A DNA stretch of 64,000 nucleotides from an uncultured Lachnospiraceae bacterium (GCA_949740725.1 CATJIO010000174.1:8137-72136); one strand, 5' to 3'. Positions 39,543-49,737 are shown, counted from the first letter of the stretch. Program-made: numbers and translations. The notes: generated from the letters alone by a model not told the origin.

Positions 39543-40318
39543 GGCATGAGGAAGGACGTTTAAGAGATCGGATTCAGGCGGAGGTATCATCCGCCGAATT
39601 TACGAAAGAGGCAGAAGATAGAATCCTGGACAGAATCCACTGCCAGATAAGTGAGAGGAGAATAGTGATGAGATTATCAAAGAAGAAAACAGGAGTGATT
39701 TTAGCAGCAGCAATGATCGTGCTGGGCGCGGCTACAGCGATTGGGGCCGGGAGGATCGCCTATACCAGCGGGGGAACTAATCTGAATGAGGGAATCCGTT
39801 CGATCAGTCAGTTGACCGGGGAGGCGAAAAAGCAGCTGGGGCAGGCGCCAAAACTGGCGGAGAGCTTTTCTGATGGATCAGCTTTTCAGGTAGGCTATGT
39901 GACAGAAGTGGATGCCTGGGATGAGATGGGCAACCGGGTGGGTACGTATCCGGAGGTTCAAGTGAATTATAGCGGAAACAAGGATCTGATGCTAAGCATT
40001 TCAAAGCCTATAGGAGGAGAATATTCCTCTTCGGGAGATTATGACAGAACCGAGAATTATGAAGGTATTGTACTAAAAGGAAAGGCGGACAATTACCTTT
40101 TCCTGCCTCCGGATGAGGAACCAAGTGAGGCAGATAAAAGCCTGGAGCAGGCGGGAAAACTGATGATTAGTTATGGCAGTCAGACAGAAGAGCGGCAGTG
40201 CTTTAAGAGTGTTTCCTGGACGGAAGACGGTCTGCTTTATCTCCTGCATACCTTTGAAGATGTGGATATGGGTCAGATGATGGCGATGGCAAAAGAAGTG
40301 ATCGACAGTGGAGAGTAA
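39539..40318 (+). CDS. Putative membrane-anchored anti-sigma factor
   Basis: ATGA overlap with sigma gene, short cytoplasmic N-terminus, single TM segment, extracellular domain. Confidence 0.65.
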   Translation: MRHEEGRLRDRIQAEVSSAEFTKEAEDRILDRIHCQISERRIVMRLSKKKTGVILAAAMIVLGAATAIGAGRIAYTSGGTNLNEGIRSISQLTGEAKKQLGQAPKLAESFSDGSAFQVGYVTEVDAWDEMGNRVGTYPEVQVNYSGNKDLMLSISKPIGGEYSSSGDYDRTENYEGIVLKGKADNYLFLPPDEEPSEADKSLEQAGKLMISYGSQTEERQCFKSVSWTEDGLLYLLHTFEDVDMGQMMAMAKEVIDSGE

Positions 40319-40357
40319 CCTGCAGAAATCATAAATTTTGAAGTGAAGAGTACAGTT

Positions 40358-40390
40358 GCAAAAAGGAGCTCATCATGAGCTCCTTTTTGC
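40358..40390. terminator. Bidirectional terminator
   Basis: Perfect 16-bp inverted repeat GCAAAAAGGAGCTCAT-C-ATGAGCTCCTTTTTGC. Confidence 0.85.
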
Positions 40391-40484
40391 TGTGTCGAAT
40401 AGAAATTTTACAAAATTTTATGAAAATCATGTCACAACTTACATGCTCAAACGATATAGGTATATACGTACTTGATGCAGGAGA

Positions 40485-40703
40485 TTATAAGAATTGATCT
40501 TGGTCAGAAGCAACGTATAAGGCGATATCCTCTACATTGCAGTTTAAAATCCGGCATAAGTCATTGATGGTTGTTGTGGTAAGAGGCTGATTTTTCCGGA
40601 GTCGGTCAATGGTGGAACTGGATACGTTATGGTGATTAATGAGTGTATAGGTTGATTCGCCAGCTTTTTTCATGGTTTCCCAAAACGGAGTGTATTGGAT
40701 CAT
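40485..40703 (-). CDS. Small Cro/C1-type HTH regulator (HTH_26-like)
   Basis: MIQYTPFWETM...SSSTIDRLRKN...TINDLCRILNCNVEDI; start trimmed to 40703. Confidence 0.82.
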   Translation of the reverse strand: MIQYTPFWETMKKAGESTYTLINHHNVSSSTIDRLRKNQPLTTTTINDLCRILNCNVEDIALYVASDQDQFL

Positions 40704-40840
40704 AAAAATCTCTTTTCTATGGCGGGGAAGCGCAAACGGCCTTCTTTGCAGTTTGTGCGCATCGCGTGTGGGGTCATTGAGAGTAGCCCCATATGGTGTA
40801 GACAGTAACCTCAAATACATTCTATGGGATTGTTACTGCA

Positions 40841-40869
40841 TTGGCTATAGTCGTTAGATAGACTATAAT
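40841..40869 (+). promoter_or_regulatory. sigmaA promoter with embedded palindromic operator
   Basis: TTGGCT-17nt-TATAAT overlapping TATAGTC-8nt-GACTATA (40846-40867). Confidence 0.6.
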
Positions 40870-40897
40870 ATTACTAGGAAATAGCGAGGTGAAAGGC

Positions 40898-41110
40898 ATG
40901 TCAGGTGAAAGAAATGGGGCGTGGACGGAAGCAGAATGGAGGGCTTTGCGAGAAGAACAGAGAGTACTGAGAAGGGTGCTGGATTTTATTATGGAAGATG
41001 ATGAAGTGTTTTTTTACAAGATGATTGACGGATTAAATGATGATGAGATTGAGGAATATTTAACGGAATGTCCGGAGTTCCGCAAGTACTGGAAGGGACC
41101 GAAAATGTAA
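40898..41110 (+). CDS. Small acidic hypothetical protein
   Basis: GAGGTG RBS and promoter directly upstream; no recognised motif. Confidence 0.55.
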   Translation: MSGERNGAWTEAEWRALREEQRVLRRVLDFIMEDDEVFFYKMIDGLNDDEIEEYLTECPEFRKYWKGPKM

Positions 41111-41204
41111 GAAGGATTCCGGAATTTGATATGAAACCGTAAGAGAAAAGAAATACATTTTCCTCTTATTTCCGATATACTAGAGGTATTGATTTGAGAG
41201 GAGA

Positions 41205-41996
41205 ATGGTTATTATGAAAAAGAAGATTTGTACCATTGGCGCAGTGTGCGCTTTGCTGTTAACCGCTTGTGGAAAGGCGGGGAGCGCGGTGCTGACCACC
41301 ACAGATCCTTCCTTAAAGGGGAGTCAGCCGTCCTCTGGGAAGATTCAGGTGGAAACCATGGAAAGTCAGGTAATAACGGTGACCAGCCGGGAGACTGTAC
41401 AGGTAGTTCCGGACAAGGCGGAGCTGATTTACGCAGTGGCGACACAGGATGAAGATGCCGCCCGCTGTCAGAGTGAGAACAGCGAGAAGCTGAACCAGCT
41501 GGTGGAGACGCTGAAGTCTTTGGGCGTGGAGGAGACCTCCATACAGACCTCAGGCTTTGACTTAAATCCCCGGCATGACTGGGACCAGAACGGGGCGATC
41601 GTTGGTTATGAGGCAGTTACCCAGGTGACAGTATCCGATGTGGATCTGGACCGGGCAGGGGAAATCATCACCAAGTCTGTGGAGTCCGGCGTCAATCAGA
41701 TACAGTCTGTATCCTTCTTGTCCAGCCAGTATGATGAAAAATATCAGGAGGCCTTAAGGCTGGCTGTGGCCAGGGCACAGGATAAGGCTCAGGCTCTGGC
41801 GGATGCCAGCGGCTGCACTTTAGGGCAGGCGGTACGGATAACCGAGCACACGGCCGGTGAGAGCTACCGCTATAGTACGATGAATGTCCAGCGAAGCATG
41901 GGAATTAAGGAGGAAGCGGCCATGGATATGGCTGCAGTCATGCCGGGAGAGATTGAAGTAGAGGCGAATATCAGCGTAGAATATGCGATTCAGTAG
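41205..41996 (+). CDS. SIMPL (DUF541) domain lipoprotein
   Basis: Lipobox LTAC, V.PD.A, IQTS, ALRLAVARAQDKAQALA, PGEIEV. Confidence 0.85.
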   Translation: MVIMKKKICTIGAVCALLLTACGKAGSAVLTTTDPSLKGSQPSSGKIQVETMESQVITVTSRETVQVVPDKAELIYAVATQDEDAARCQSENSEKLNQLVETLKSLGVEETSIQTSGFDLNPRHDWDQNGAIVGYEAVTQVTVSDVDLDRAGEIITKSVESGVNQIQSVSFLSSQYDEKYQEALRLAVARAQDKAQALADASGCTLGQAVRITEHTAGESYRYSTMNVQRSMGIKEEAAMDMAAVMPGEIEVEANISVEYAIQ

Positions 41997-42046
41997 AACG
42001 ATGGATGTTAACGGTTTGTGAATGCCGTTCTGACAGGGAATAAAAA

Positions 42047-42081
42047 TACAGCGTCCGGAGTGACTCCTTCCGGGCGCTGTA
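42047..42081. terminator. Hairpin terminator between convergent genes
   Basis: TACAGCGTCCGGA...TCCGGGCGCTGTA. Confidence 0.7.
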
Positions 42082-42110
42082 CGATTTATGACATGGTTTA
42101 TTTTTTCCTT

Positions 42111-43466
42111 TTAGTATACATCATTGGTGGTCTGAACTTTATTTTTCCGCGGCTCCTTGGGAAGTATCACATTTAAAAGGATTGCGGTGATGGTGGCAAT
42201 AACCACCGGAGAGCGGCCAAAAATAGTGGTGGCCCAGGCAGGGAATTGAGCCAGGGAAGCGGAGGCCTGGGAGACACCCATGCCCAGGGCAGCAGCCAAC
42301 CCTACGATGGAGGTGTTCCGGTAATTCATATCCTCGGTCATCACCAGCTTGATTCCGGTCATGGCGATGGAAGCGAATACGGTTACCGTGGCTCCTCCAA
42401 GTACACACTGAGGTATGGTAGTTAAGAGGGCGGAGAACTTGGGGAATAGTCCGGCTACCAGGATAATCAGGGCAGCTAGTCCCAGAGTACAGCGGTTCAC
42501 CACCTTGGTGGTGGAGACAATTCCTACATTTTGGCTGTAGGTGGCAGTGGGAAGGCATCCAAAAAGGGCGCCAAAGATATTGGTGATGCCGTATCCTAGG
42601 ATAGCTCCCTGGAGCTCATCCGTTCTGGGCTCCCGGCCTAATCCCCCGCTGGTGGTAGCGGAGAAGTCTCCGATGGCCTGGACAGCATTGATGGCGAAGA
42701 GAAGTCCAATGGCTACACAGGAGGAGATCTCAAACTCCACCGGGAAGTGAAGGAACTGGGGCAGCTGGAAGATGCCTGCATCCGCCACGCTGGTGAAGCT
42801 TACCATGCCGCAGATCATAGCCAACACATAGCCGCAGGCCATGCCGATGAGGATGGAGGCCAGCTTTAAGATGCCTGTGGCGAAGTGATTTAATATGGTC
42901 ACAACCGCCAGGGTGAAGAAGGCGATTGCCCAGTTCTTAGGAGAACCGTATTCCGGGCTGGAGGCTCCTCCGGCCATGTAATTGATCGCCGTGGGGTAGA
43001 GGGAAAGCCCGATGGTAAACACTACTGTCCCCGCGATGAGCGGCGGAAAAAGGCGGCGGATTTTCTTAATGGAAAGTCCTACCAGGATGGCTACCACGCC
43101 CCCTATGATCTGCGCGCCCAGAATGGCGCCGATCCCAAAGCCCTCGGCGATGGCCTGCATACTAGGTACATAAGCGAAGGACACACCGATAATCACAGGA
43201 AGGGCAGAGCCCAGATGAAATCCTGTTTTGGATCCTATAGGAAACAGCTGAAGAATCGTGGATAAGGCAGAGATCACCAGAGATGCCTGGATCAGGATCA
43301 CCCGGTCAGCCCCGCTAATTCCCGCTGCGCCAGATATAATGATGGCAGGAGTCACGCAGCCTACGATCATGGCTACCACATGCTGTAAAGCAAGGGGAAG
43401 GGCTTGACTTAATTTCGGCACGCCATTCAGTTCGAAGATGGATGCGTAAGTACGTTCTTGTTTCAT
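42111..43466 (-). CDS. NCS2 purine (xanthine/urate) permease
   Basis: LQHVVAM, GVSFA, YSQNVGIV signature (Q-N-x-G, purine type). Confidence 0.88.
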   Translation of the reverse strand: MKQERTYASIFELNGVPKLSQALPLALQHVVAMIVGCVTPAIIISGAAGISGADRVILIQASLVISALSTILQLFPIGSKTGFHLGSALPVIIGVSFAYVPSMQAIAEGFGIGAILGAQIIGGVVAILVGLSIKKIRRLFPPLIAGTVVFTIGLSLYPTAINYMAGGASSPEYGSPKNWAIAFFTLAVVTILNHFATGILKLASILIGMACGYVLAMICGMVSFTSVADAGIFQLPQFLHFPVEFEISSCVAIGLLFAINAVQAIGDFSATTSGGLGREPRTDELQGAILGYGITNIFGALFGCLPTATYSQNVGIVSTTKVVNRCTLGLAALIILVAGLFPKFSALLTTIPQCVLGGATVTVFASIAMTGIKLVMTEDMNYRNTSIVGLAAALGMGVSQASASLAQFPAWATTIFGRSPVVIATITAILLNVILPKEPRKNKVQTTNDVY

Positions 43467-43528
43467 GATGGATTGTAACCTCCCTTATGGCTTTTTCGCT
43501 GTTGTTCACAGATATTCATCAATTCTTT

Positions 43529-44473
43529 TTACTGATGAATCCTGGTGCCTGTCTTACCTAAAATACCGTCCTTTGCTTTCTCCAGCAGAGTGATTAGCGA
43601 GGTGCGCCCTTCCTTGGAACGGGCGAAACGTACTGCTGCTTCTACCTTCGGCAGCATGGATCCCGGGGCAAAGTGGCCTTCCTGGATATAAGTTTCTGCC
43701 TCGTCCACCGATAAATCATCCAGCCATTTTACGTCCGGTTTGCCGAAGCGGATAGCCGCCTTTTCGACAGCGGTGAGGATAATCAAGAAATCCGCATCCA
43801 GCTCTTCGGCCAAAAGGCAGCTGGCGAAATCTTTATCGATAACCGCGCTTGCGCCTTTGAGATGATTTCCCTGCCGGGTAACCGGGATGCCGCCTCCGCC
43901 ACAAGCGATTACCAGCTGTCCGGAATCCACTAAGGAGCGGATGGCGTCGATCTCAATGATCTCTGCTGGCTTTGGAGAAGCTACCACACGGCGGTAGCCA
44001 CGTCCAGAGTCTTCCTTCATGATATAGCCATACTTTTCTTCGGCATTTTTCGCCTGTTCCTGATCCATAAAATGGCCGATAGGCTTCGAGGGATTCTGGA
44101 ACGCCGGGTCATCCTGATCTACTCGGATCTGGGTAATCATGGTTGCCACCGGGATATTATAAATATTGCGGTTATAGAGCTCTTCCCTCAGGGCATTCTG
44201 CAGATCATAACCGATGTAGGCCTGGCTCATGGCAACGCAGACAGAGAGAGGGGTATTGGGCTGATTTTCGTCTTCCCGGCTTAAGGCTGCCATAGCATTG
44301 TTAATCATGCCTACCTGTGGCCCGTTTCCATGGGCGACTACCACTTCACAACCTTCCTCAATTAGGTCCACAATAGCCTTGGAGGTAATTTTTACCGCGG
44401 CCATCTGCTCCGGCAGTGTATTTCCAAGGGCGTTTCCCCCCAGTGCGATGACGATTCGCTTTTTCTTATTCAT
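43529..44473 (-). CDS. arcC: Carbamate kinase (YqeA-like)
   Basis: IALGGNAL, HGNGPQVG, PSKPIG, GYRRVVASP, VIDKD, GSMLPKV. Confidence 0.93.
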   Translation of the reverse strand: MNKKKRIVIALGGNALGNTLPEQMAAVKITSKAIVDLIEEGCEVVVAHGNGPQVGMINNAMAALSREDENQPNTPLSVCVAMSQAYIGYDLQNALREELYNRNIYNIPVATMITQIRVDQDDPAFQNPSKPIGHFMDQEQAKNAEEKYGYIMKEDSGRGYRRVVASPKPAEIIEIDAIRSLVDSGQLVIACGGGGIPVTRQGNHLKGASAVIDKDFASCLLAEELDADFLIILTAVEKAAIRFGKPDVKWLDDLSVDEAETYIQEGHFAPGSMLPKVEAAVRFARSKEGRTSLITLLEKAKDGILGKTGTRIHQ

Positions 44474-44539
44474 AGATAATTCCCCACTTTCTTAGATATT
44501 TTCTGTAATTTTATAGGTAAAAACCTTGAAAAAAAGTGC

Positions 44540-44570
44540 AAAAAGCTGCCTGGGACGAAAACCAGGCAGC
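44540..44570 (-). terminator. Internal terminator-like hairpin after ygeW
   Basis: GCTGCCTGG-8nt-CCAGGCAGC then a U-tract on the minus strand. Confidence 0.6.
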
Positions 44571-44582
44571 CTTATCTGTTGC

Positions 44583-45776
44583 TTACTTAAAGATACGGGA
44601 AGTGTTTCTTTCTTCCAGCTTCTTTAAGATTTCCTGAGGATTTTCGAACTTTGCCAGGAATATCATGGCAGCGATGATATATGGCTTAAAGCTTGCTTCC
44701 TTATATAATGGATCACGGTAGCGATCGAATACGGAAGCATCCACCTCGCCGGTCTCACAGCTTACGCCAGAGATGTCGGCTGGCAGGCAGTGGAGATACA
44801 ATGCCTTTCCATCCTTGGTGGTCTTCATCAGCTCTTCGGTACATGCCCAGTCCTTGTGCTGTGCATTCTGTGCCAGAAGCTCTTTCTCTAGAGCCTTAAT
44901 GCCTTCGGAATCACCTTTGCCGTAGAGATCGGTTCTCTTCTCCATAGCCGCAAATGGAGCCCAGCTCTTGGGATATACGATGTCCGCATCTTTGAAGGCT
45001 TCTTCCATGGAATTCACCCGCTTGAAGGATCCGCCGGTCTTCTCTGCGTTTTTCTTTGCTACCTCTTCTACCTCGGGCATTACCTCGTAGCCCTCCGGAT
45101 GAGCCAGAACCACGTCCATACCAAAACGGGTCATCAGGCCGATCACACCCTGGGGAACGGATAAGGGCTTTCCATAGGAAGGAGAATAAGCCCAGGTCAT
45201 GGCAAGCTTTTTGCCCTTTAAGTTCTCCACGCCGCCAAATTCATGAATGATGTGAAGCATATCGGCCATACACTGGGTGGGATGGTCGATGTCACACTGC
45301 AGGTTTACCAAGGTTGGTTTCTGCTCTAAAATGCCTGCCTGGTTGCCCTCGGTCACCGCGTCTACCACATCGTGCATGTACTTATTGCCCTTGCCAATGT
45401 ACATGTCGTCACGGATACCGATAACGTCTGCCATAAAGGAGATCATGTTGGCGGTCTCACGAACGGTCTCGCCGTGAGCGATCTGAGACTTGCCCTCATC
45501 TAAATCCTGCACTTCCAAGCCCAGTAGATTGCAGGCGGAAGCAAAGGAGAAACGGGTACGGGTGGAATTGTCGCGGAATAAGGAGATACCTAAGCCGCTC
45601 TCGAATACCTTGGTGGAGATATTATTCTCACGCATGTAGCGGAGAGCATCGGCTACGGTGAATACCGCCTCCAGCTCCTCATCAGTTTTCTCCCAGGTTA
45701 AGAAAAAGTCATTATTGTACATTTCTTTGAAATTTAACGCGTTTAATTTGTCGATATACGTCTGAAGAGTTTGCAT
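44583..45776 (-). CDS. ygeW: Knotted carbamoyltransferase YgeW
   Basis: FRDNSTRTRFS, NLQCDIDHPTQ, WAYSPSYGKPLSVPQG, HCLPADI. Confidence 0.95.
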   Translation of the reverse strand: MQTLQTYIDKLNALNFKEMYNNDFFLTWEKTDEELEAVFTVADALRYMRENNISTKVFESGLGISLFRDNSTRTRFSFASACNLLGLEVQDLDEGKSQIAHGETVRETANMISFMADVIGIRDDMYIGKGNKYMHDVVDAVTEGNQAGILEQKPTLVNLQCDIDHPTQCMADMLHIIHEFGGVENLKGKKLAMTWAYSPSYGKPLSVPQGVIGLMTRFGMDVVLAHPEGYEVMPEVEEVAKKNAEKTGGSFKRVNSMEEAFKDADIVYPKSWAPFAAMEKRTDLYGKGDSEGIKALEKELLAQNAQHKDWACTEELMKTTKDGKALYLHCLPADISGVSCETGEVDASVFDRYRDPLYKEASFKPYIIAAMIFLAKFENPQEILKKLEERNTSRIFK

Positions 45777-45928
45777 TTTGTTTGCTCCTTTTTCCTATTT
45801 GATTTTCATTTACGGGTGCTCATCGGCGGGTTTAAACTGTGCAGGAATAAACACGCCGATGAAACAGTGATTTCGTTGTCTCGAAGATGATGCAGCTGCA
45901 GCGTTGCCCTCGTATTTTATGGGATGAA

Positions 45929-47239
45929 TTATTTACAGTATAAGGTGGGAAGCGCAGCGTATACGGCGGCGCATCTTACCAGGTCGTCCTTCCAGGTCTT
46001 CTCATTGGGCGCGTGAGCCTGCGCCTCTGCGCCTGGCCCAAAGCCGATGCAGGGGATACCGTTGCGGCCCATGATGGAAACGCCATTGGTGGAGAAGGTC
46101 CATTTATCCGTTAAGGGGCGAACTTTTCTTACTTCTAAGGTCTCGGTGTTGCCCTGACGCTCATCGCCGTAGAGGCGCTTATGCGCTTCTTCTAAGGCTT
46201 TGGTTACCTTGTGATCTTCCGGGATTACCCAGGTAGGGAAGTAGCACTCGATGGGGTACACCAGATCTTTATAGGATGGACGGGCGTACTCATACATGGA
46301 TACGGTGACATCCTTGCCGTATTTCTGCACGCTTGGCAGAGCACGGATCTCGTCTAAACAGCTTTCCCAGGTCTCGCCGGCAGTCATACGGCGGTCTAAG
46401 GAAACGGAACAGGAGTCAGCTACAGCACAGCGGCTGGGGGAGGTGAAGAAGATCTCAGAGGTAGTCACGGTTCCCCGTCCCAGGAAGCGGGCTTCCTTCC
46501 ACTGAGGGTTATACTTTTCATCCAGCATCTTTACCAAGCCCTTGATTTCGGTGGAGTCGTCAGCATTATTTTCATTTAATGCCCGGATATCCTGAAGGAT
46601 GTCCGCCATCTTGTAAATGGCATTGTCTCCCCGTTCCGGGGCGGAACCATGGCAGGAAACGCCAGTTACGTCCACGCGGATTTCCATACGTCCTCTCTGG
46701 CCACGGTAGATTCCGCCGTCAGTAGGCTCGGTGGATACCACAAATTCCGGGCGCACCTTGTCTTCGTTGATAATGTACTGCCAGCATAAGCCGTCGCAAT
46801 CCTCTTCCTGAACTGTTCCGGTTACCAGGACAGTATATTTATCGCTTAATAAACCTAAGTCCTTCATGATCTTGGCGCCGTATACAGCCGATACGATGCC
46901 GCCTAACTGGTCGGAGGTACCACGCCCGCCGATTTCCAGCTCATTTTCAAAACCCTCATAGGGATCAAAATTCCAGTTATCACGGTTGCCAATTCCCACA
47001 GTGTCAATGTGCGCGTCAAAGGCGATTAAGGTTTCGCCGGTTCCCATGTATCCAAGCACATTTCCCATGGGGTCGATCTCTACCTTATTAAAGTCAAGCT
47101 TTCTCATCTCTTCGGCGATCCGGTCGATATGCTCCTTCTCACCGCAGCTCTCGCCGGGGAACTTTACAATGTCACGTAAAAATTTGGTCATGTCTGCTTC
47201 GTAATTTTTTGCTGCTTCTCTGATTCGATTGAAATCCAT
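45929..47239 (-). CDS. ygeY: YgeY M20 hydrolase
   Basis: [45 protein letters not shown]. Confidence 0.95.
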   Translation of the reverse strand: MDFNRIREAAKNYEADMTKFLRDIVKFPGESCGEKEHIDRIAEEMRKLDFNKVEIDPMGNVLGYMGTGETLIAFDAHIDTVGIGNRDNWNFDPYEGFENELEIGGRGTSDQLGGIVSAVYGAKIMKDLGLLSDKYTVLVTGTVQEEDCDGLCWQYIINEDKVRPEFVVSTEPTDGGIYRGQRGRMEIRVDVTGVSCHGSAPERGDNAIYKMADILQDIRALNENNADDSTEIKGLVKMLDEKYNPQWKEARFLGRGTVTTSEIFFTSPSRCAVADSCSVSLDRRMTAGETWESCLDEIRALPSVQKYGKDVTVSMYEYARPSYKDLVYPIECYFPTWVIPEDHKVTKALEEAHKRLYGDERQGNTETLEVRKVRPLTDKWTFSTNGVSIMGRNGIPCIGFGPGAEAQAHAPNEKTWKDDLVRCAAVYAALPTLYCK

Positions 47240-47459
47240 GATTCATTCCTCCATTTGATTTTTTGAGCGCCATTTGCCCATGCCCTCAGGAGAATCTCCA
47301 AGGCGCCGCATTTTCGGCGGCAGGAGCGCTCACGTGATGTTTCCTGAAATGTGGGTTGTATATTTTTTTTTGAATACCCCGTATCCCCAGCCGGAAGTAT
47401 GGATTTGCTGTCAGCGATTATGGTTGAAACATTTTATGTAAAAGAGAAAGCGATATATC

Positions 47460-48668
47460 TTATCGTTCCTTCCCCTCCCATACAATATTTTTGTATCTTT
47501 CCGGATCCGTGTCTCCCTCGGTGGAGAAGAGGAGCACCTTCGAGTTCTGATCCAGGCCGATGGCATCCCGTAGGTCTTTGTACTCGTCCATGGTCATCAT
47601 GGCGGCAAGTGCTCCGAAGGGAGCTGCGCCAGACTCTCCGCTGACTACCTGAGGATCGCCCTTGATGGGAGCGGAGAGCATCCGCATACCTTTGGCGGCT
47701 ACCCAGTCAGGAGCAGAGATAAATACGTGAACATGGTTCTTTAAGATATCCCAGGAGATGGTATTGGGCTCGCCACAGGCAAGGCCGGCCATGATGGTCT
47801 GCATATCTCCGTCAACGATGCGTAGCTCTCCGTCCCCGGCGGCAGCGCCTTTGTAGAGGCACGCGGCTACGTCGGCTTCCACCACCACCACTATCGGAGG
47901 ATTTTCAGGATAGCGATTGGCAAAATAGCCTTGTACGGCTCCAGCTAAAGATCCTACGCCGGCCTGGACGAATACATGGGTGGGCCGGTCGCAGCCCAGC
48001 TTCTCCAGCTGCTCATTGGCCTCCATAGCCATAGTTCCATAGCCCTGCATGATCCAGGCGGGAATCTCTTCATAGCCGTCCCAGGCTGTATCCTGTACCA
48101 CTACGCCGTTAGGCGTCTTGGCCGCGGCGGCTGCTGCCATGCGGACACATTCATCATAATTTACTTCTTCGATGGTGGCGGTGGCTCCTTCCTTCTGGAT
48201 ATTTTCTAAACGGGTCTGGGTAGAGCCCTTGGGCATAAATACCACAGCCTTTTGCTTCAGACGGTTTGCCGCCCAGGCAACGCCACGGCCGTGGTTTCCA
48301 TCAGTAGCAGTGAAAAAGGTGGCCTGGCCGAATTCCTCACGAAGCTTGTCGGAGGTTAATACATGATAAGGAAGCTGTGAAACATCCTTTCCAGTCTGCT
48401 TTGCAATGTATCGTGCCATGGCGAAGGATCCGCCCAATACCTTAAAGGCATTTAAGCCGAACCGGTAAGATTCGTCCTTGATGTAGACTTCCTTCAGTCC
48501 TAAGTAGTCCGCCATACCTTCCAGCTTGCAAAGTGGTGTCTCACTGTACTGTGGGAAGCTCTCGTGGAAGGTTCTGGCCTTTTTGATTTCGTCCAGAGCC
48601 ATTACCTTCAGCTGGGAATCGGAAGTTTTTGGCATCTGGTTAGTTACCCATTTCATTGGCTGGTTCAT
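47460..48668 (-). CDS. dpaL: Diaminopropionate ammonia-lyase (YgeX)
   Basis: KDESYRFGLNAFKVLG, ATDGNHGRG, QDTAW, MAGLACGEP, STEGDTDP. Confidence 0.95.
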   Translation of the reverse strand: MNQPMKWVTNQMPKTSDSQLKVMALDEIKKARTFHESFPQYSETPLCKLEGMADYLGLKEVYIKDESYRFGLNAFKVLGGSFAMARYIAKQTGKDVSQLPYHVLTSDKLREEFGQATFFTATDGNHGRGVAWAANRLKQKAVVFMPKGSTQTRLENIQKEGATATIEEVNYDECVRMAAAAAAKTPNGVVVQDTAWDGYEEIPAWIMQGYGTMAMEANEQLEKLGCDRPTHVFVQAGVGSLAGAVQGYFANRYPENPPIVVVVEADVAACLYKGAAAGDGELRIVDGDMQTIMAGLACGEPNTISWDILKNHVHVFISAPDWVAAKGMRMLSAPIKGDPQVVSGESGAAPFGALAAMMTMDEYKDLRDAIGLDQNSKVLLFSTEGDTDPERYKNIVWEGKER

Positions 48669-48761
48669 GTTCTTTTCCTCCTTATATTCCAGCGCGTTTT
48701 AACGCAGCAGTTACGTATTAATCTCCTGTGAGTAAAGGCCACAGGAAAGTCGAGGGCAGAA

Positions 48762-49433
48762 TCAGGATGCGGTTTCCTCCTCATGCTTTCGGTTATTCAC
48801 ATCAATGTAACTGTAGAGCGTGAACTTGGAAATCCCGAAATACTTAGAAACCTTGTCTCCTGATTTGGTAATCAGGAATGCTCCCGCATCGTTGAGAAAC
48901 TGAATGGCCTTGATCTTTTCCTCCTTATTCATCAGGGCCGCCGGCTTCCCTACCAGGCTGACGGACTGCTCCAACAGGTGGTCCAGCAGGTCATTTACAT
49001 TGGTTACAATCTGCTCCAGCGGGGTGTCATTTACCGGCTTATCGGTCTGAATTAAGGACTTGATCGCCTGGTCGAAGCTTACCAGCCCGGTGATATCATA
49101 ATTAATCGAAAGCATGTACCGGACCTCGCCCTTTTCATTCCGGATGTAAAGAGTGCTGGACTTTAAAATCCGACCGTCCGAGGTCTTTGTCAGGTAACCG
49201 GTGTGATCTTGGAGGGAATCGGGATGGCGCTTCACCGCGTCCATGGCTTCTAAAGCGGCTTTGGAAGGCCCGCCGCCCACCTGGCGATGAGTGATATGCC
49301 CATTTTCAATGTAGACAATGGAACGTTCCATATCCTGGGACTTCAGATCGTGGATGACGATTTCGCAGTCAGAACCAAATTGACTGGCGAAGCCCTTTGC
49401 GATCTGGATTAACAATTCTAAGGTATAGTTCAT
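48762..49433 (-). CDS. YheO/DauR-type PAS-HTH regulator of the purine cluster
   Basis: EIVIHDL, IENGHIT.RQVGG, LKSSTLYI, GAFLITKSG, GISKFTLYSY. Confidence 0.88.
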   Translation of the reverse strand: MNYTLELLIQIAKGFASQFGSDCEIVIHDLKSQDMERSIVYIENGHITHRQVGGGPSKAALEAMDAVKRHPDSLQDHTGYLTKTSDGRILKSSTLYIRNEKGEVRYMLSINYDITGLVSFDQAIKSLIQTDKPVNDTPLEQIVTNVNDLLDHLLEQSVSLVGKPAALMNKEEKIKAIQFLNDAGAFLITKSGDKVSKYFGISKFTLYSYIDVNNRKHEEETAS

Positions 49434-49508
49434 ATCCGTCCTTTCTGTGAATAATTAACAAGTCGCATTCCGTCGTTTTTCTGTCTCTATTAAGTGCCTT
49501 ATGACTCC

Positions 49509-49615
49509 ATCATAGCACAAAAATCTGGAATTGCAAGAGGAAAATACAAAAATTTTTAGATAATCTAATTTTTTTTGTAAAACCACTTGCAAAGTACTAA
49601 TTATAGTGATAGTAT
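49509..49615. promoter_or_regulatory. Divergent sigmaA promoters flanking a 35-bp imperfect palindrome
   Basis: Minus: TTGCAA(49536-49531)-16-TATGAT; plus: TTGCAA(49587-49592)-17-TAGTAT; palindrome at 49545-49579, 14/17 matching. Confidence 0.65.
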
Positions 49616-49737
49616 TAGGGTATCAAGATGATGCTGCGGGAAAACTGTGCACATTGCACAGAAATCAGGCTGTCTTTTGTGCAGAAAGACAGCTGGAGAA
49701 AAATGTAAATCATTCTGATGGGAAAAGAAAGGAGACA

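Noticed and set aside
49445-49461. Rex operator CTGTGAATAATTAACAA
   Set aside because: Half-site spacing is one base short of the 18-bp Rex consensus
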